A stretch of DNA of 63,919 nucleotides, counting the filler, from Bigelowiella natans CCMP2755 (Eukaryota > Protista > Cercozoa): NCBI GenBank assembly GCA_000320545.1. It is 5 parts of 5 records of this genome, joined end to end, with 100 filler letters (N's around TTAATTAATTAA, not from the genome) between each part and the next. Parts side by side here need not be neighbours in the genome. Positions count along the whole stretch, not along the records: positions 1 to 22,905 come from ADNK01000259.1; positions 23,006 to 53,086 come from ADNK01002579.1; 3 more parts are not named here. The stretch is one strand, 5' to 3'. A model generated the notes under the pieces. It did not search any database, was not told the DNA's origin, and saw nothing but the letters and a program-made list of their open reading frames with translations. Made by a program: the position numbers and the translations under genes. Positions 12,315 through 25,064 of this stretch are shown here, in pieces. Every line of letters starts with the position of its first letter. The stretch's first letter is position 1.

Positions 12315-14081
12315 TCACTTTGTTTCAGACGGCTGTTGCCTATCAATATCTGAGTTGAGAGTGAAGAATGGCTCCACGTTCGGTGCCCGGTGGCGATGAT
12401 AATCTGAAGTTATCTGATCATATCCATCATCATCTTGCAAGCCGCAATCTATCGCTGCGCCAGCTGCTAAAGCTTCGAACATGGAAGTAATCTCGGTTAG
12501 AGTTTTCCCCTTTGTCTCCGGCATACGATAAAACAGCCACCAGAAACCCGAGAATGCAATCAATCCTAAGAGCCAAAAGGTGCCCTGAGTTCTTAGAGGG
12601 GTGTGTACAAGGGTGAGAAAGCTTCCCGAAACAACAAAATTGGAGATCCAATTTGTCATTGTTGCAATTGAAGCACATTGACTCCTTGCTGCCATTGGGT
12701 ATAGCTCGCCGTTGAGGGTCCAAGGCAACGTTGCTAGCCCCCATCCGAATGAAACAAGATACCCCACAAGCCCAACAATGGTTAGAACCATGCTAAACAT
12801 CTTCGATACATTCTGAATCATGAAACCTATCCCCAGTAATCCAAGGCAAATACTGGCGACAAGTGCAGATGACAGTAGCAAAGCTCTGCGACCTTTAGAG
12901 TCTGAGAGTCTTTGCCCGATAAGAATACCTATAAATTGAGCAATCGAAGTACTAAGGGCTAGCCATATGGGCACCACGTCTTTGTCGCAACAACAAATCG
13001 AGTCGCCGGATCCAAACCCAGCAAACTTGAAGATTGTAGCTGAGTAGTACATGACTGTGTTGATCCCGGCAAACTGTTGTAACGCCATTATCCCCATTCC
13101 AAGGCTGAGAGCTCTTGTGATTCCTGGAGATCGCAAAATCTGAGCTAGGCTCAATTGTGAGGCTTGGTCTTCTAGGGCGCCTCTAATCTCACGAATGTCG
13201 CTGCGGACATTTTCAGATCCCCGGAGCTTCTTAAGTACCTTAACAGCATCCCTCTCGCGCCCCTGCTTATACAACCAACGTGGACTCTCCGGCAAAACTA
13301 TCAATCCAATAAGTTGTAAGGTTGAAAACACGGCTCCAAATGCAAGCATTATTCTCCATCCATCTCTGATGTAGAAGAAAGCCCCATCAAGCAATGCTGC
13401 TAGAATCTGCCCAAAGACAACAAATGCGTTGAAGCTTCCCAGGACTCTTCCTCGTATCTCTACTGGTGCGCACTCCCCCAGGTAAACAGGTACTGTGCTT
13501 GACGCTAATCCAATAGCTAGACCCACGATTACACGACCGGTGATGAGAATTCCAAGGCCAGTGGCAATAGCCATAATGATTGACCCAGCTGTGAACATAA
13601 TAGAAGATGCTAAAATGACTATGCGTCTGCCATACCGATCGGATGCCCAACCAGATACGGCAGCACCAATGATAGCCCCTCCAATTGTGGCGTCTACGAC
13701 AACCTCCTGCTGGAATGAATTTAGCCCGAATCCCCCATATTTCTCACAGTCACCTCTACTTGATGCTAAAAGTATCATTGCGCCACTGATTACTCCCGTG
13801 TCATAGCCAAACAGAAGACCTCCCAGGCACGCAATAGACATCAGCGTCCTCGAAACGCAAGTCAACGGTCGTGCATTCATATGGTGCCCATCGTGTATTT
13901 CTGTGGAAGCATCGAGGGAATAATTTGTGGCATCACTATATTTGCGTGTACGCGTCCGGGTTTCTGGGGCAGAAAGCGACATTATAGAGTCTGATTCCTC
14001 AATGCTCCTCCCCTCGGACTTGAAGTCATCGGGGAAAAAAACGCTACTTCCTGCGCTACTCATAATTTGTGCAATGACCAC
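12315..14081 (-). CDS. MFS sugar-porter family transporter, myo-inositol/H+ symporter-like; intronless
   Basis: 588-aa ORF with GGLLFGYDTGVISGA, DRYGRR, PESPRWL, LQQFAGINTVMYYSATIF and PETKGKTL motifs and a 12-TM pattern. Confidence 0.95.
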   Translation of the reverse strand: MVIAQIMSSAGSSVFFPDDFKSEGRSIEESDSIMSLSAPETRTRTRKYSDATNYSLDASTEIHDGHHMNARPLTCVSRTLMSIACLGGLLFGYDTGVISGAMILLASSRGDCEKYGGFGLNSFQQEVVVDATIGGAIIGAAVSGWASDRYGRRIVILASSIMFTAGSIIMAIATGLGILITGRVIVGLAIGLASSTVPVYLGECAPVEIRGRVLGSFNAFVVFGQILAALLDGAFFYIRDGWRIMLAFGAVFSTLQLIGLIVLPESPRWLYKQGRERDAVKVLKKLRGSENVRSDIREIRGALEDQASQLSLAQILRSPGITRALSLGMGIMALQQFAGINTVMYYSATIFKFAGFGSGDSICCCDKDVVPIWLALSTSIAQFIGILIGQRLSDSKGRRALLLSSALVASICLGLLGIGFMIQNVSKMFSMVLTIVGLVGYLVSFGWGLATLPWTLNGELYPMAARSQCASIATMTNWISNFVVSGSFLTLVHTPLRTQGTFWLLGLIAFSGFWWLFYRMPETKGKTLTEITSMFEALAAGAAIDCGLQDDDGYDQITSDYHRHRAPNVEPFFTLNSDIDRQQPSETK

Positions 14082-14169
14082 CGATTTAAACCGCTTTATA
14101 TCAGAACAATAAGCTTCAACTCAACCTCTAGCCAAGCTGCTTGTTGAACAGTGTGAGACTCGAAGGTTG

Positions 14170-15050
14170 CACAGTAGGAGGTGGGCAAATATCGCGAATC
14201 ACTTGAGTTGTCTTTCGAGGCTTCCCGGCAACTGAACGTTCAACTTTGTTTCTCTTCTAGTGGGCTGTTGTCCCTGTACCGCACACTGGTTCCAGAGGAT
14301 GTACCACTGTGCGGTGCTATTCTTTCAGGGATCACTCTCCGTCCTCCTCCCCAGCTGGCTTGGGCAAAACCTGGATTATTAGAGCAGCGGGAGCAACTCC
14401 CACACTGCGACAGCGACAACACAAAAAAGCAAAAAACCTTAAAAAATACAGAGTTTTTTCATCTTTTCAATCCGGAGGAAGCAGGAGTCGCAATCGGTTC
14501 TAAATGATGGGAATACAAGAAGTACGACATATATTTGATTTATTTTTTGGAAAAACTGATCGAAATTCACATTTTCTTAGGGTGTAGCTAACGGTCTTAT
14601 CAACCAACCAAGAAATCTGGAGGGAAAGTGCTTTGTCGAGTAACTCTCGATCGGCCACAACAAACGAGTATGTCGATGGGGAAGAATGTGTTCCATTTAT
14701 TTTTTAAGACATGCATTATTGAATAACTTTCTTATAATTTCATGGACATTTTTAGCAATAGTTTCTAAATTTTGTATTTGAGATCAGTCTGAAAATTCCC
14801 AACCGCATTGTGTGTGAAGGCTCGAGGCTTGTCAGTCCCACTCCACTCCTCTGTGTGTCATTCTATCAGAAAAATAAAGGTACAGACGAAGAAGACTATT
14901 CTAAATATTTTGATCTTAGAGAAAGAGTGAATGCTAAGCTTTCCATGAACCCGGAGCATTGACATATCAACGAACAAACGTTTATGTGGCGAGCTCATGT
15001 TCATGCTCAAAGAATGAATGTTGAAGTGGGAAGACATCAAGGATTGATCT
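14170..15050 (-). pseudogene. decayed C2H2 zinc-finger array in the transporter/TACC divergent interval
   Basis: SPHKRLFVDMSMLRVHGKLSIH (F-x5-L-x2-H-x5-H intact, ~14990-14926); CGSCSRCS (14404); APHSGTSSGTSVRYRDN; FSCREASKD (14236). Confidence 0.55.
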
Positions 15051-15095
15051 TATGAAGTAAAACGAGGACGCATTCGTTTGAATTCATATTTTACT

Positions 15096-18000
15096 ATGTT
15101 TAGTATGGATGACGATATGGACGATGAAACGAAGAGGTTGGAAAGAGAATTCGAGGCTCAGATGGGGCAAATGAAGGAGCTGAACAGTAATCAGCCACCT
15201 GAAAAGAAAGAGTCTCTTGCAGGCGATCCGGACAATCCAGACGGGTATTTTTTCGCTGTTATCTCGATTTGTCCCAGTGAAATATATGCCTGAACGATGG
15301 TTCCACATTGTTTCAAAGGGAAAAACCAAAGGAGCTCTCGAGCACCGAGCTACTCATGCAAAGACTGGCTAAAATGGGAGCTTTGGATGAGAATTCAGCC
15401 CCCCCTTCCTCTAATGCTAATCCAATCACTGTTCCCGTACGGAAAAATCCAGTAAGAAAGAGCCCGCCTCGAAGGAAGAACGAAGATCTAACATCTCCAG
15501 AGCCCGCCATGATTAATAAGAAGACAGATGATAGTGAGGCCGTGTCGACGATAAAACCAGAAGTTGCTGGGGTATGATTCCATTTCACTAACCTATCGCT
15601 TTACGTTTCTGAAATTATGATGCACCTATTTAGAAGCCTCAAAAATCAAAAGCAGAGCTACTCGCTGCAAAGAAAGCCAAATTTGAGGCAAAAATGAGAA
15701 AAAGGGCTGAAGAACGTAAGCGAGCTGCCGAGCGCAGGAAAAACCAAGCAGCTTCTGACAACGAAGTATCAAAGAAACCAAAAACAAAGGCCAAAACCCC
15801 TAAGAAAGCCCCACCTCCTCCTGCTGCAGAAACTCAGGAAGCACCGGTCGATACGGGGCCATCCAGTACCGATCTGCTGATGCAGCGACTAGCAGCTATG
15901 GGTGTAATGGACGGAACAGCCCCAGATGCGCCTCCTCCATCAAGTGGAGCTGGAATAGTAGCATCCCCCCTTCCCAAATCTAAGCCAGTCATTAGTCCAA
16001 AAAAAACTCAAGACCCCCCTGCTGCACCAAAATCTAAAGAGGTGGTTCACAAGTCGCCTGCTGTCAGGGGGGAAGGTGCAGAAAGAAGGCTAGAAACAGA
16101 AGCAGCAGCCGGGTAAGTTGTTTGCTTTTCCTTTTTGAAATAAATTTGATTAATCAGATCTTATGATTCTAGGAACAATGAGAAGAAACAAGAAAAACTT
16201 ATTTCAAGTACCGCAAGTACCGAAATTCTGCGAAGAGGTTCAGGAGTGATGGGAATGTCCGGGGCTAATGCTGATCCCGCCGCGGCTCCTAAAAAAACGG
16301 ACAGGAATAAATCGCCTATGCATGGGTCAGCAGCAGTGGCAGCAGCAGCAGCAAAAAGTGGCTTGGCAGAAACTCGAGGGGCTTCCAGTACAGAGGATCT
16401 TAGACGGAGAATGACTAACTTAGATGCAGCTGCCAACAATCAGGCGTCGTTCAACTCAGCTCCAGCAGGGTAGAATTACTATGTCATAATTAGAAAGATT
16501 GATCATGTATAGGCTAACTTCAAATGACTCCGTTTTCAGAGAGCGGAAGACACCCCCTAGCAGTGCGGATCGCCTTCGTGATCGGATATCTAAATTTTCA
16601 AACAAGCGCGACACCGCTGCTCGCACAAACACTGCCCCTCTCCAATCAAGCGAAAATTCCATGGATGAGCTGCCGTTGGCCGCATCTCCAACGTCAGCAC
16701 CAACAGCCGGTTCGTCGTCTTCTTCGCAAAGAAAGAGCAGCCAGTCATCCTTCTCACGACCTAGTAGCTCAACAAGGAAGTTGTTCAGGTACACAATAAG
16801 AGCGTTGTTGCTAGTTTAGTAGTAGGAGGACTTGCAGCTGTCACTAGTTGCTGGTTTAATATCAGCTCATTCGGAGGGCTAATTGCTTCCTCTCTCTCTC
16901 TCTCTCTCTCTCTCTTATATTTAAACACACCACACCACCAACGACACAAATACACGCACCCATTCAATCAGAGAGACCGAGCGAGCGAGAGAGTGGTGAA
17001 TTCAAAACGAATAATTTATGTCCTTAACAATGCACAGGGGGATGAGTGGCGAGTTCAAAGATGTTGGAAACCTTACTGTGGAGGAGGTGCGGTGGTGCTG
17101 CTGGTGGTGGTTATCAAGTTGTTTATTTTAGTGGCTGTACATTTTTCAAAAGAACCTCTTCGCACTCGTTTCTAGGTGAGGGACCAGTTTGAAGCGGAAC
17201 ATGAAATCTTAAATCTTGAGGTAAGTAATTTGAATAATAATAATATTAATAGCAGTATTATTACTAGTAGTAAGAGAGTTTATATAAATTACGATGATCG
17301 ACTACTCCCCCATATGATCAACTACTGGTACACACCGAAGGTTCTTGAAACACGAGATGAGCTTGAAAAAGAGAGGGCTCAAAGAAAAGAACTTGGCGAG
17401 GTAGTAGTAGTAGTAGTAGTAGTAGTAGTTAGCAAACTCACGCACATCATTGTTATCAACAACAACCTGGAATAGCTTACCCCACCATAAGCGTCTGCAG
17501 AAAGCTACAACTGTCCTGTTTCAAAATTGCATCATCATCATCATCGTCGTCTTCATCATGATCCAAAATGTATGTATGTGTCTACTATCCTCTTGATAAC
17601 GATCAGTTGTTAGCCAATACCCTGGCTGAATATGAAACGGTCATCCGTGAATCAAATCTCAGGTGGTGGTCAAAATAATGATCGATATGACGAATGTCAA
17701 AATAATAGAGCCCCCTTTCTTCCCTCCAAAAATCAATTTGAATTATTTGACTTCTCTCTTGGGCTATTATTTTTTCCTGTTAGTCAGTAGTTTTGAACAA
17801 GTATTCTTCCTATAAAACAACAACAACAATTTGTGCACAAATAGGCGCGCAGATGACGTCGCGAGAATAGGGCTTCAAGATACCGAGCTCACTCAATTGA
17901 GAGAAAAGGTAAAGCAGTAGTGAAATCACGTAAAGTGATTGTTTCTCACGTACGTGTATGTACCCCCCCCCCTTAGGTTGCGAAGCATGGTATAGAGGTA

Positions 18001-18608
18001 AAGAGTCTTCGGAAGACCAATTCAGAGCTTGAAGCCAACACTCAACTCCTCACAGAAAGTGAGCAGGAACTCAGCAAACAGGTGCGCCAGCAATCATGAT
18101 GGATGTTACTCTTGCCATAGAGAAAGAATAAGGCTTCACACTTTAAGGAACTATTAATCAATATACATGAATACATATTTCTGGTTTGTGTATATAAAGC
18201 TTGACATGACAAAGAAAGAGCTCGTTCGCAGTCAAGAACTCTTCGAACAGCTGAAGAAGCATGCCGAAAGCAAGCTACAAAATGCAGCAAAGGTTGAGAT
18301 TGTCATATTTAAATGATGGTAACACAGCAGCCACAGATATTTCTCACAAACCCATTATTGCCATTGAATAGCTCTACGCGGAGATGCAGAAATTAGCCGA
18401 ACAGAAGATATCTGAGTCACGTCAGCTCACAGGGGAGCGTGATCAGGTGCTGGCTCCGACTAATTTATCCCTATAACTCTCTCTTAATAGAAGTAGTGGT
18501 AGTCGTAGTAGCAGTAGTAGTTATAACAGCACTTTTAGAGTAGTCTCAAACCCAACCAATTGAAGAATACATGACAGTAATGGATCTTAGTACCTCTTGT
18601 ACAACAGC

Positions 18609-18642
<34 letters not shown>

Positions 18643-19057
18643 GCAACTACTCTATCGCCGTTTCTTTGAGACGCGTTATAATACCTCATGATGACGTACT
18701 TAAATTGCAGATGCGACAGAAGATTGTGCATTTGGAGAAACAGCTCAATACAGCGCAGCAGAACATTCTTATGGTAAACCTTCGAATAATAATACCTGAA
18801 AGATAGATTCAGCCCATAGAGACCTAATTATTGTAAATTCGAAATGGCCACTTTTAGTTGTATTCTGATGAAGCTGATGTACGGTTCATAGATGGAGGAA
18901 CGATCGGCTGGATTGACGAGGCAAGTACAAGAATTATCTGAGGTAGTAGTAGTAGTAGTAGTAGTAGTTTTTTAGGGTGTTCGCATGTAAGAAGTAAGCC
19001 TACAAATACTGCTCATCTACTACCAAGGTACCAGTAGGTATGAAGTGGTCATTTTAA

Positions 19058-19099
<42 letters not shown>

Positions 19100-20422
19100 G
19101 AGAATAAGCTCAACCATATACTACTACATGAAGCAGCACTGGCAAGTTAAAAATAATAGAAACGACAAATCATTCCAACTTCTTGTGCCATTTGTGTTTT
19201 TCCCCCCCCCCCCCCCCCTTTTCCTTGTTGTAACCCCCCCCCCAATAATTTTAAGACCCCTCCTTTCAAAAAGCGCAGGGGTTTGGGGGTAAACACGGTT
19301 TTCCCACGGGGGAAAACCCCCCCCCCCCCCCCCCCCCTCCCACACACACCGACAAAAGTAGTTGTAGCAGCATGTCTCGTGAGAGTAAGCAATGGAAAGA
19401 TTGAGTAAAGGTCTTTATCTCCATTCTCAGGCAAAGCAGCAGAATATGGAACTTATTGCCATAAATGATAGATACAGAGTAACTATAACGCAGCTGCAAG
19501 AGGTCACTTGAAAGCTTAAGAAGTATTATATATGTTTTTCTATTTCTATTTCTATTATTTGTGCCTACTATGTTGATAAGATATGGATGGGGTTTAGATC
19601 AAGTAGCTCAATGTGTATAGCAGCCAATTGTCAACCATGGGTAGTCATCTTATGATCTTGCTGCTGTATTGTCAAATCAGGAAAAACGGCAAATGGAGTC
19701 CGAGGCCAAAGAGCACAAGTCGGCAAAGGTGTGCGTATACTTAGTATAATTTCAAATCACTAGTTGATCTGGTGTACTGAGATCTCTACTTAGTTGGACA
19801 TGATTGAATGTTTGAATTTTTCCAGGAGAAAATGAAAGCACTCGTAAGCACAAACGGGGATCTTTTAGAAGAGAATCGGGCATTGAAATCCAGGTATCAT
19901 GCAATAAGGAGGATTTGCCGCCTCTTCAAATATAGGATGTAGTCGTCAAAACCTTGCCTGTTTGTTTCTGCTCTCTTGTGCCATTTCAGGATCTTTGACG
20001 CGATGGAAAGTGAAAAACAATATAAGCAACGCATCGAGACGTTGAAAAACGGTGGTGCAAGTTCTGGAGCGGACGACCAAATAGGTAAGTTTGTGGCAAA
20101 GATTCTACAATATGTTGTATCCATGATATCGTATTTATTTGAGATGAAAAGTAGTAGTAGTGGTAGCTCTGTTCTGATGGCTATCACTTACTAAGAAATG
20201 CTACGTTCGAATGCAGCCGACTTACAACAAGAGGTACAAAAACTGAAGGTGCAGCTCAGACAGGTATAAAACAGTTTGAAATCAGCGTATTATGTTCTGT
20301 GAAAATTCTACGTTTGAAAATAGGTTCAATCGGATAAGGAGAAGAAGGACAAAGAAAATAAAGAACTTGTAGGCATCTGTGACGATCTGCTAAATAAGCT
20401 TGAGATTGAACGAAAAAAATAG
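15096..20422 (+). CDS. TACC-domain (transforming acidic coiled-coil) protein, multi-exon
   Basis: Pro/Ser/Lys-rich N-half followed by many short coiled-coil exons. Terminal exon DKEKKDKENKELVGICDDLLNKLEIERKK* matches the TACC C-terminal signature (ENEEL..ICD.L). Confidence 0.8.
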
Positions 20423-20639
20423 ATGTCTAAGATGCTTCACATGTTGTCGACTGCTCTATCGTGTAGCTACTGCATATCGGTAACAATGCAAACCTTTGAT
20501 CCAAAATGCAAGTGAATGCGGTGACGTATCTTGTACATCGTAATTAATAAAATAGTTTTCATCATCGATTCACACATGTACGTGTCGTATCCACGTGTAA
20601 TAAGAAGACAACCCCATAGAACTGTAGAGGTTAAGAGCT

Positions 20640-21260
20640 AAAATGCAGCACTCTGCTAGACGGGATGCGCGCACGTGCCCATGCTAGCATGACTAGATGG
20701 GTAGCTCTAGAGCTGCTGCTGCGGTACACTAGTAGTTCATGCATTACATGCATGTGGTCACTAGACGTGCGGTCGGTGCTGTGTCGTAGCGGTGCTAATA
20801 TTCGGTGCATGATCTAGTGATGGGAAGCAAAGTGAAGATCGTCCCGAAGGCTTGAGGGTGTGGTTCATCTTCAATCACCCTAGTGGGGAGGAAATCGATG
20901 AGGAGAAGTGTTAGGGGGCTAGCACTAGCTAGCTAGGGGGGGGGGGAATGGAACAAAAAGGACGCGGGTAGATGTGAAAGATGGTAGCTAGCGAATGTGT
21001 GCATGTGCATAGCTAGATAGATGACATAGTTGTAGCAAACGCAGGGGATTCGCACCGCGCTAGCACGTGTCATGCGTTCCAATGAGCGTAGCCGTGAAGC
21101 AACTTGCTGGGGGCTCGCAGCGAGCATGCTAGCTAGCTAGCATGGCCATTCTGCATTCATTGCTGCAGTGCTTGACATCATGCTAGCATGGCCGACTTGC
21201 ACTAGTGCATGCTGCAAGACGATTCTAGAATTGAATCAAAGCTCTGCATGTTGCAGAGAG
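20640..21260. other. CTAG/CATG/TGCA palindrome-rich tract between convergent gene ends (type example)
   Basis: E.g. GCATGCTAGCTAGCTAGCATG (21124) and CTAGCACTAGCTAGCTAG. Similar tracts lie at most gene 3' flanks. Confidence 0.7.
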
Positions 21261-21376
21261 CATTTCAATCACAGTACATATGAGCTTCTTTATTTGCAAA
21301 CATTACATCTAGATATTGCATACAACCTCTACCTGCAATCACGAGTTCATGTTGACGAGCAACAATGATGTGATCC

Positions 21377-22185
21377 TCAAACTACAGTCAGTAATCGTTT
21401 GGGATTATCGACAAAAATCGCCTAAACAACAAACCAGGGATGCAATCATCTTTGATGAAGCATAATCCCGACAGAAAATAGGCATTGGCACTAGCTTTTG
21501 ACTCGCTGCATGGTACGATAGATGGTACATCGAAAACACACCACCTTGATCAGATTTTCGTTACCACCGTCAATTTTCTTCATGTATTGGGTTACGTATT
21601 TCCAGGCGTAGTCATATCTGATAGAAATATCACTGTCAGAAATAGCACGGACAAACAAACATTTGTGCTGCTCTATTCGTGTTAGCAGTGATGATAGTCT
21701 TTTTTGTTACGAATGGCCTCCAAATTTGGAAAGGCGGATCTTGAACGCTATGTCGTGCCCAGCTACTATCTGATTTGATTGGCCAATCATGAAGATAATT
21801 GATAGTGGTAATGATGATATGTGAGCCTTATCTTTATACTTTTAAGGAATACCCAGGCTTTATTGGGATGGTTTATAAACATTTAGAATTAATATACACG
21901 TGTTTGTGCTGTATGTATGAGCATGATACATCAATATTTAGTGCGCCATCATCATCATCATCATCATCATCATTATCACCAACACCTGCTCTTGGTATCC
22001 CAGATCAGCAAGCTCCTTTATTTGGTGGCATCGATCAAAATCTGCAATATGATGTAGCTGTGATAAGAAGATTCATCACCGTGCAAGGAGGGTCTTTCTC
22101 TGAAATCGATGGTAATGATGATGGTTCAAAATATATGTGCATATATCTGTATGTGGAGAATATTGTACACACACACTCACACACA

Positions 22186-22223
<38 letters not shown>

Positions 22224-22682
22224 TTTATCTGCAGAGATTATACAGAAAGATAGAGAGGTAGATAGATAGAGAGAGAGGGAGAGAGGAAGAGGGAGCGTGT
22301 AGAGGGAAATAATGCAAGTGGAAGAAGATAGATACACATTGACCAGAAGGATATGTGATTCCATAGTTTAGAGCATGTTGATACGAGCAGCCCCATCCAA
22401 ATTGGTCGAATTCTAAAGGGAAAATATCAGTCAATACTTACTATCCCCCCACGTAGTTTTACTCTCCTTTCACTTATGTATATGGCATAAATTTCTCCCC
22501 CTCCTCCTCCTCCTCCTCCTCCTCCTCCTCCTCCTCCTTTTCCTCCTCAAAGCTATAATCTCCCCGTGAGCAGCACATGATGATGATGATGATGATGTTA
22601 ATACTAATGGTGATGCTGATGATAATGATGATGACCTAGTACACATCCCGTGTCGGCGATTCTTCTATAATCTTCCATCTAT
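21377..22682 (-). CDS. PTER: phosphotriesterase-related protein, C-terminal exons (5' end lost at contig break)
   Basis: Spliced exons MEDYRRIADTGCVL|EFDQFGWGCSYQHALNYGITYPS|DFDRCHQIKELADLGYQEQ|GHDIAFKIRLSKFGGHS|YDYAWKYV..|AIFVDNPKRLLTVV* follow the PTE-family motifs LEYD.FG, HD.....L..YGGHGY and ILVDNP.RLL. Confidence 0.88.
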
Positions 22683-22905
22683 TCCGAATGGAATGGAAGA
22701 AGAACAAGAAGAAGAAGGAGAAGAATAGGGATACAACGGACAAAAGAGTTAAAGGAGAGCGAAGGAAAAAGAGAGATATAGAGAGACTAACGAGACAGAT
22801 GTTTGGTCAAACGCAACAGAAAATAATAATAATACTAACAATAATAATAGATTCTTGCTTGTTACTATCATGATACTCTGACCTAATAGCCTCCCCCCCC
22901 CCCCT

Positions 22906-23005
22906 NNNNNNNNNNNNNNNNNNNNNNNNNNNNNNNNNNNNNNNNNNNNTTAATTAATTAANNNNNNNNNNNNNNNNNNNNNNNNNNNNNNNNNNNNNNN
23001 NNNNN
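22906..23005. other. artificial contig linker N44-TTAATTAATTAA-N44
   Basis: Exactly 100 bp, with stop codons in all six frames; identical to three other linkers in the window. Confidence 0.97.
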
Positions 23006-23313
23006 TTAGATTCGAAGAGAAGGGGGATGATTAGGCCAAAATTGGTGAGGTTTTCTTTATTAACCGCCCGCCGCCGCTGCTGCTGTTGTTGTTGATGCTA
23101 CAATTTTCCCCGTCGCATCCTGTGGGGAGTCCGCGCTGCATTTGGAGCAGCCAACCTTTACACTGACTCCCTTTCCCTTTCCCCGGTTTTTGTGAGCAAG
23201 TTGCGTTGAGGGAGGAGGAATGTGTGTCCCGCGCGATTCGACTGTTACAGTTTTTCTCCATGTTCTTCTTCTTCCCCTTTCTCCAAAAATGTATGGGTGG
23301 ATGATGATTCCCC

Positions 23314-23946
23314 TTGATTAACTTTCCTCATTACTTCCCCCCCCCCCCCCCCCCCTTCGAATTCTTGAACCCTGCCATGCTGCTGGCTGCAGCTGACATG
23401 AAAGAAGAGAGGGACCAACAAAGCAGCAGCGCCGACGACGATAAGAAGGGCAAGAGAAAGAGCGTGGAGACCGACCAGATCGGAGGAGATGCGAAGGAGG
23501 AAGAAGCCAAGGGAGGGGGCTGCACACGCATGCAGATCGACGATGAAGGGGGGGGGGGGCAACCTGGCGAGAAACAGAAGGGGAAGAAGCGGAATCCAGC
23601 CACAGCAGCAGCTGCAGCTGCAGACGATGAGCGCCAAGCAGAGAATGATACAGCAGCGGGTGCCGGTGCTGATGTTGATGAGGGGGGCGAGAAGGAGGAG
23701 CTCGATCTTCTTGGCCTCTCCGGCACATACAATGCGCCGTCTTCTTCATCGTCACCAGGTTGTTGTCCATCGCCGTCATCAGCGAGGATGCTGCCGCCGT
23801 GCCGTGACCTGTTCGGAACGAAGCCGCACGCGGAAGATGCCAAGAGCCCGTTTCTCAACTTCATGATCGACGATCCGATCGAGCTGCCTTCTCTGCCGCC
23901 CTCCAACGCCGCCGACGATAACACAATGCATCTGAAGCTCGCTTAG
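23314..23946 (+). CDS. 3' terminal exon of an unknown low-complexity, acidic protein
   Basis: GC-rich 210-aa open frame ending ...SPFLNFMIDDPIELPSLPPS...HLKLA*. True 5' end missing (contig start). Confidence 0.55.
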   Translation: MINFPHYFPPPPPPFEFLNPAMLLAAADMKEERDQQSSSADDDKKGKRKSVETDQIGGDAKEEEAKGGGCTRMQIDDEGGGGQPGEKQKGKKRNPATAAAAAADDERQAENDTAAGAGADVDEGGEKEELDLLGLSGTYNAPSSSSSPGCCPSPSSARMLPPCRDLFGTKPHAEDAKSPFLNFMIDDPIELPSLPPSNAADDNTMHLKLA

Positions 23947-24646
23947 GAAAGCGGGCGGGCAGTGGTGACAGGGTAAACCATGCAATCAAGATGAAGGGGC
24001 CGCACGGAGAGATTGCCTCTTTTCTCTTTCTTTTCTTTTTTAAATTAAGTGCATATGAGTATCAGGCAATGGATGGCTATGATAACGACGAAACATCAAC
24101 ACACGATTTTAATCATTAGAGACGTAAATTTCACATACGTACATGAACGGCACGGCAAACCTACGGCCACATGAGAAGCTAAGTGTGCAACACCTATTCG
24201 CGCCTAATGGAATAATGAAACTCTATGCATGTCTTTTTATTTGCCGGCAAGCGTGATTAAAGGTGTAATGTTGTGTCGTATGCATGAGTTTGGCTTCTAA
24301 TTGCCTACAGGCACATGTTGCTTGCTCGCGCTTATTTTGTGCGTGGGTAATTATTTTAATAAATTATTTTTGCCACAAAGCATTTCTAAGTCTCAAGCAA
24401 GATGCAAAGTAGTCCAGAAGCGCATACAAGTTCACCTAGCTTATCGATGCGCTGCATGATAGTCTAACATACCTACATGCGCTGTGCGAGCGTCTATCAT
24501 AATAATGACTGATCCATAATGAGTTCGTGTGCTTTGCAAATAGATTCGCGCGCGCATAGATAATGACACGCACATTTCCATTCGCACGCGCGCTGCACAA
24601 GAAGATAGTTCAAAACCCACATATTTTCTAGTTATGTGTCCAGCGC

Positions 24647-25012
24647 TTATACTTTGTTTCGACTGAAACATGGCCATATCGTCTTAAACGAATCCACGAG
24701 CATTGCATGATACATAAATGGGCAAACATTCTCGTTATTCGCGTCAAATAATGCCTTACGTCTGCGGCGGATATCGTTTGAAGAGTGTCTAGTTTGGCGT
24801 ATGCACAAATACGTTAGCAGTTGATTAGTAGCCGCAAGCGCGTGTGACCGTATTTGGATCATACGTTTTGCGTGTGTGTGTGCGTGTGCGTGTGTGCGTG
24901 TCGTCACCTGCAACAGCTCATCCAGTCCGACGGAACGGACAAGCTTCGCAAACTACGACAGGGACGAAAGATGTAGCGAGTGAATACATACTTAAAGAAA
25001 GAAAGAGAGAAT

Positions 25013-25064
<52 letters not shown>

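Noticed and set aside
19190-19340. Homopolymer-rich G/C tract (possible G-quadruplex element)
   Set aside because: The stuttered runs look like low-quality sequence following a poly-C run; they may mask a TACC exon.
22950-22961. TTAATTAATTAA repeated four times, as a biological motif or piggyBac-like target
   Set aside because: Always centred in identical N44 flanks; it is a six-frame-stop pseudomolecule linker.
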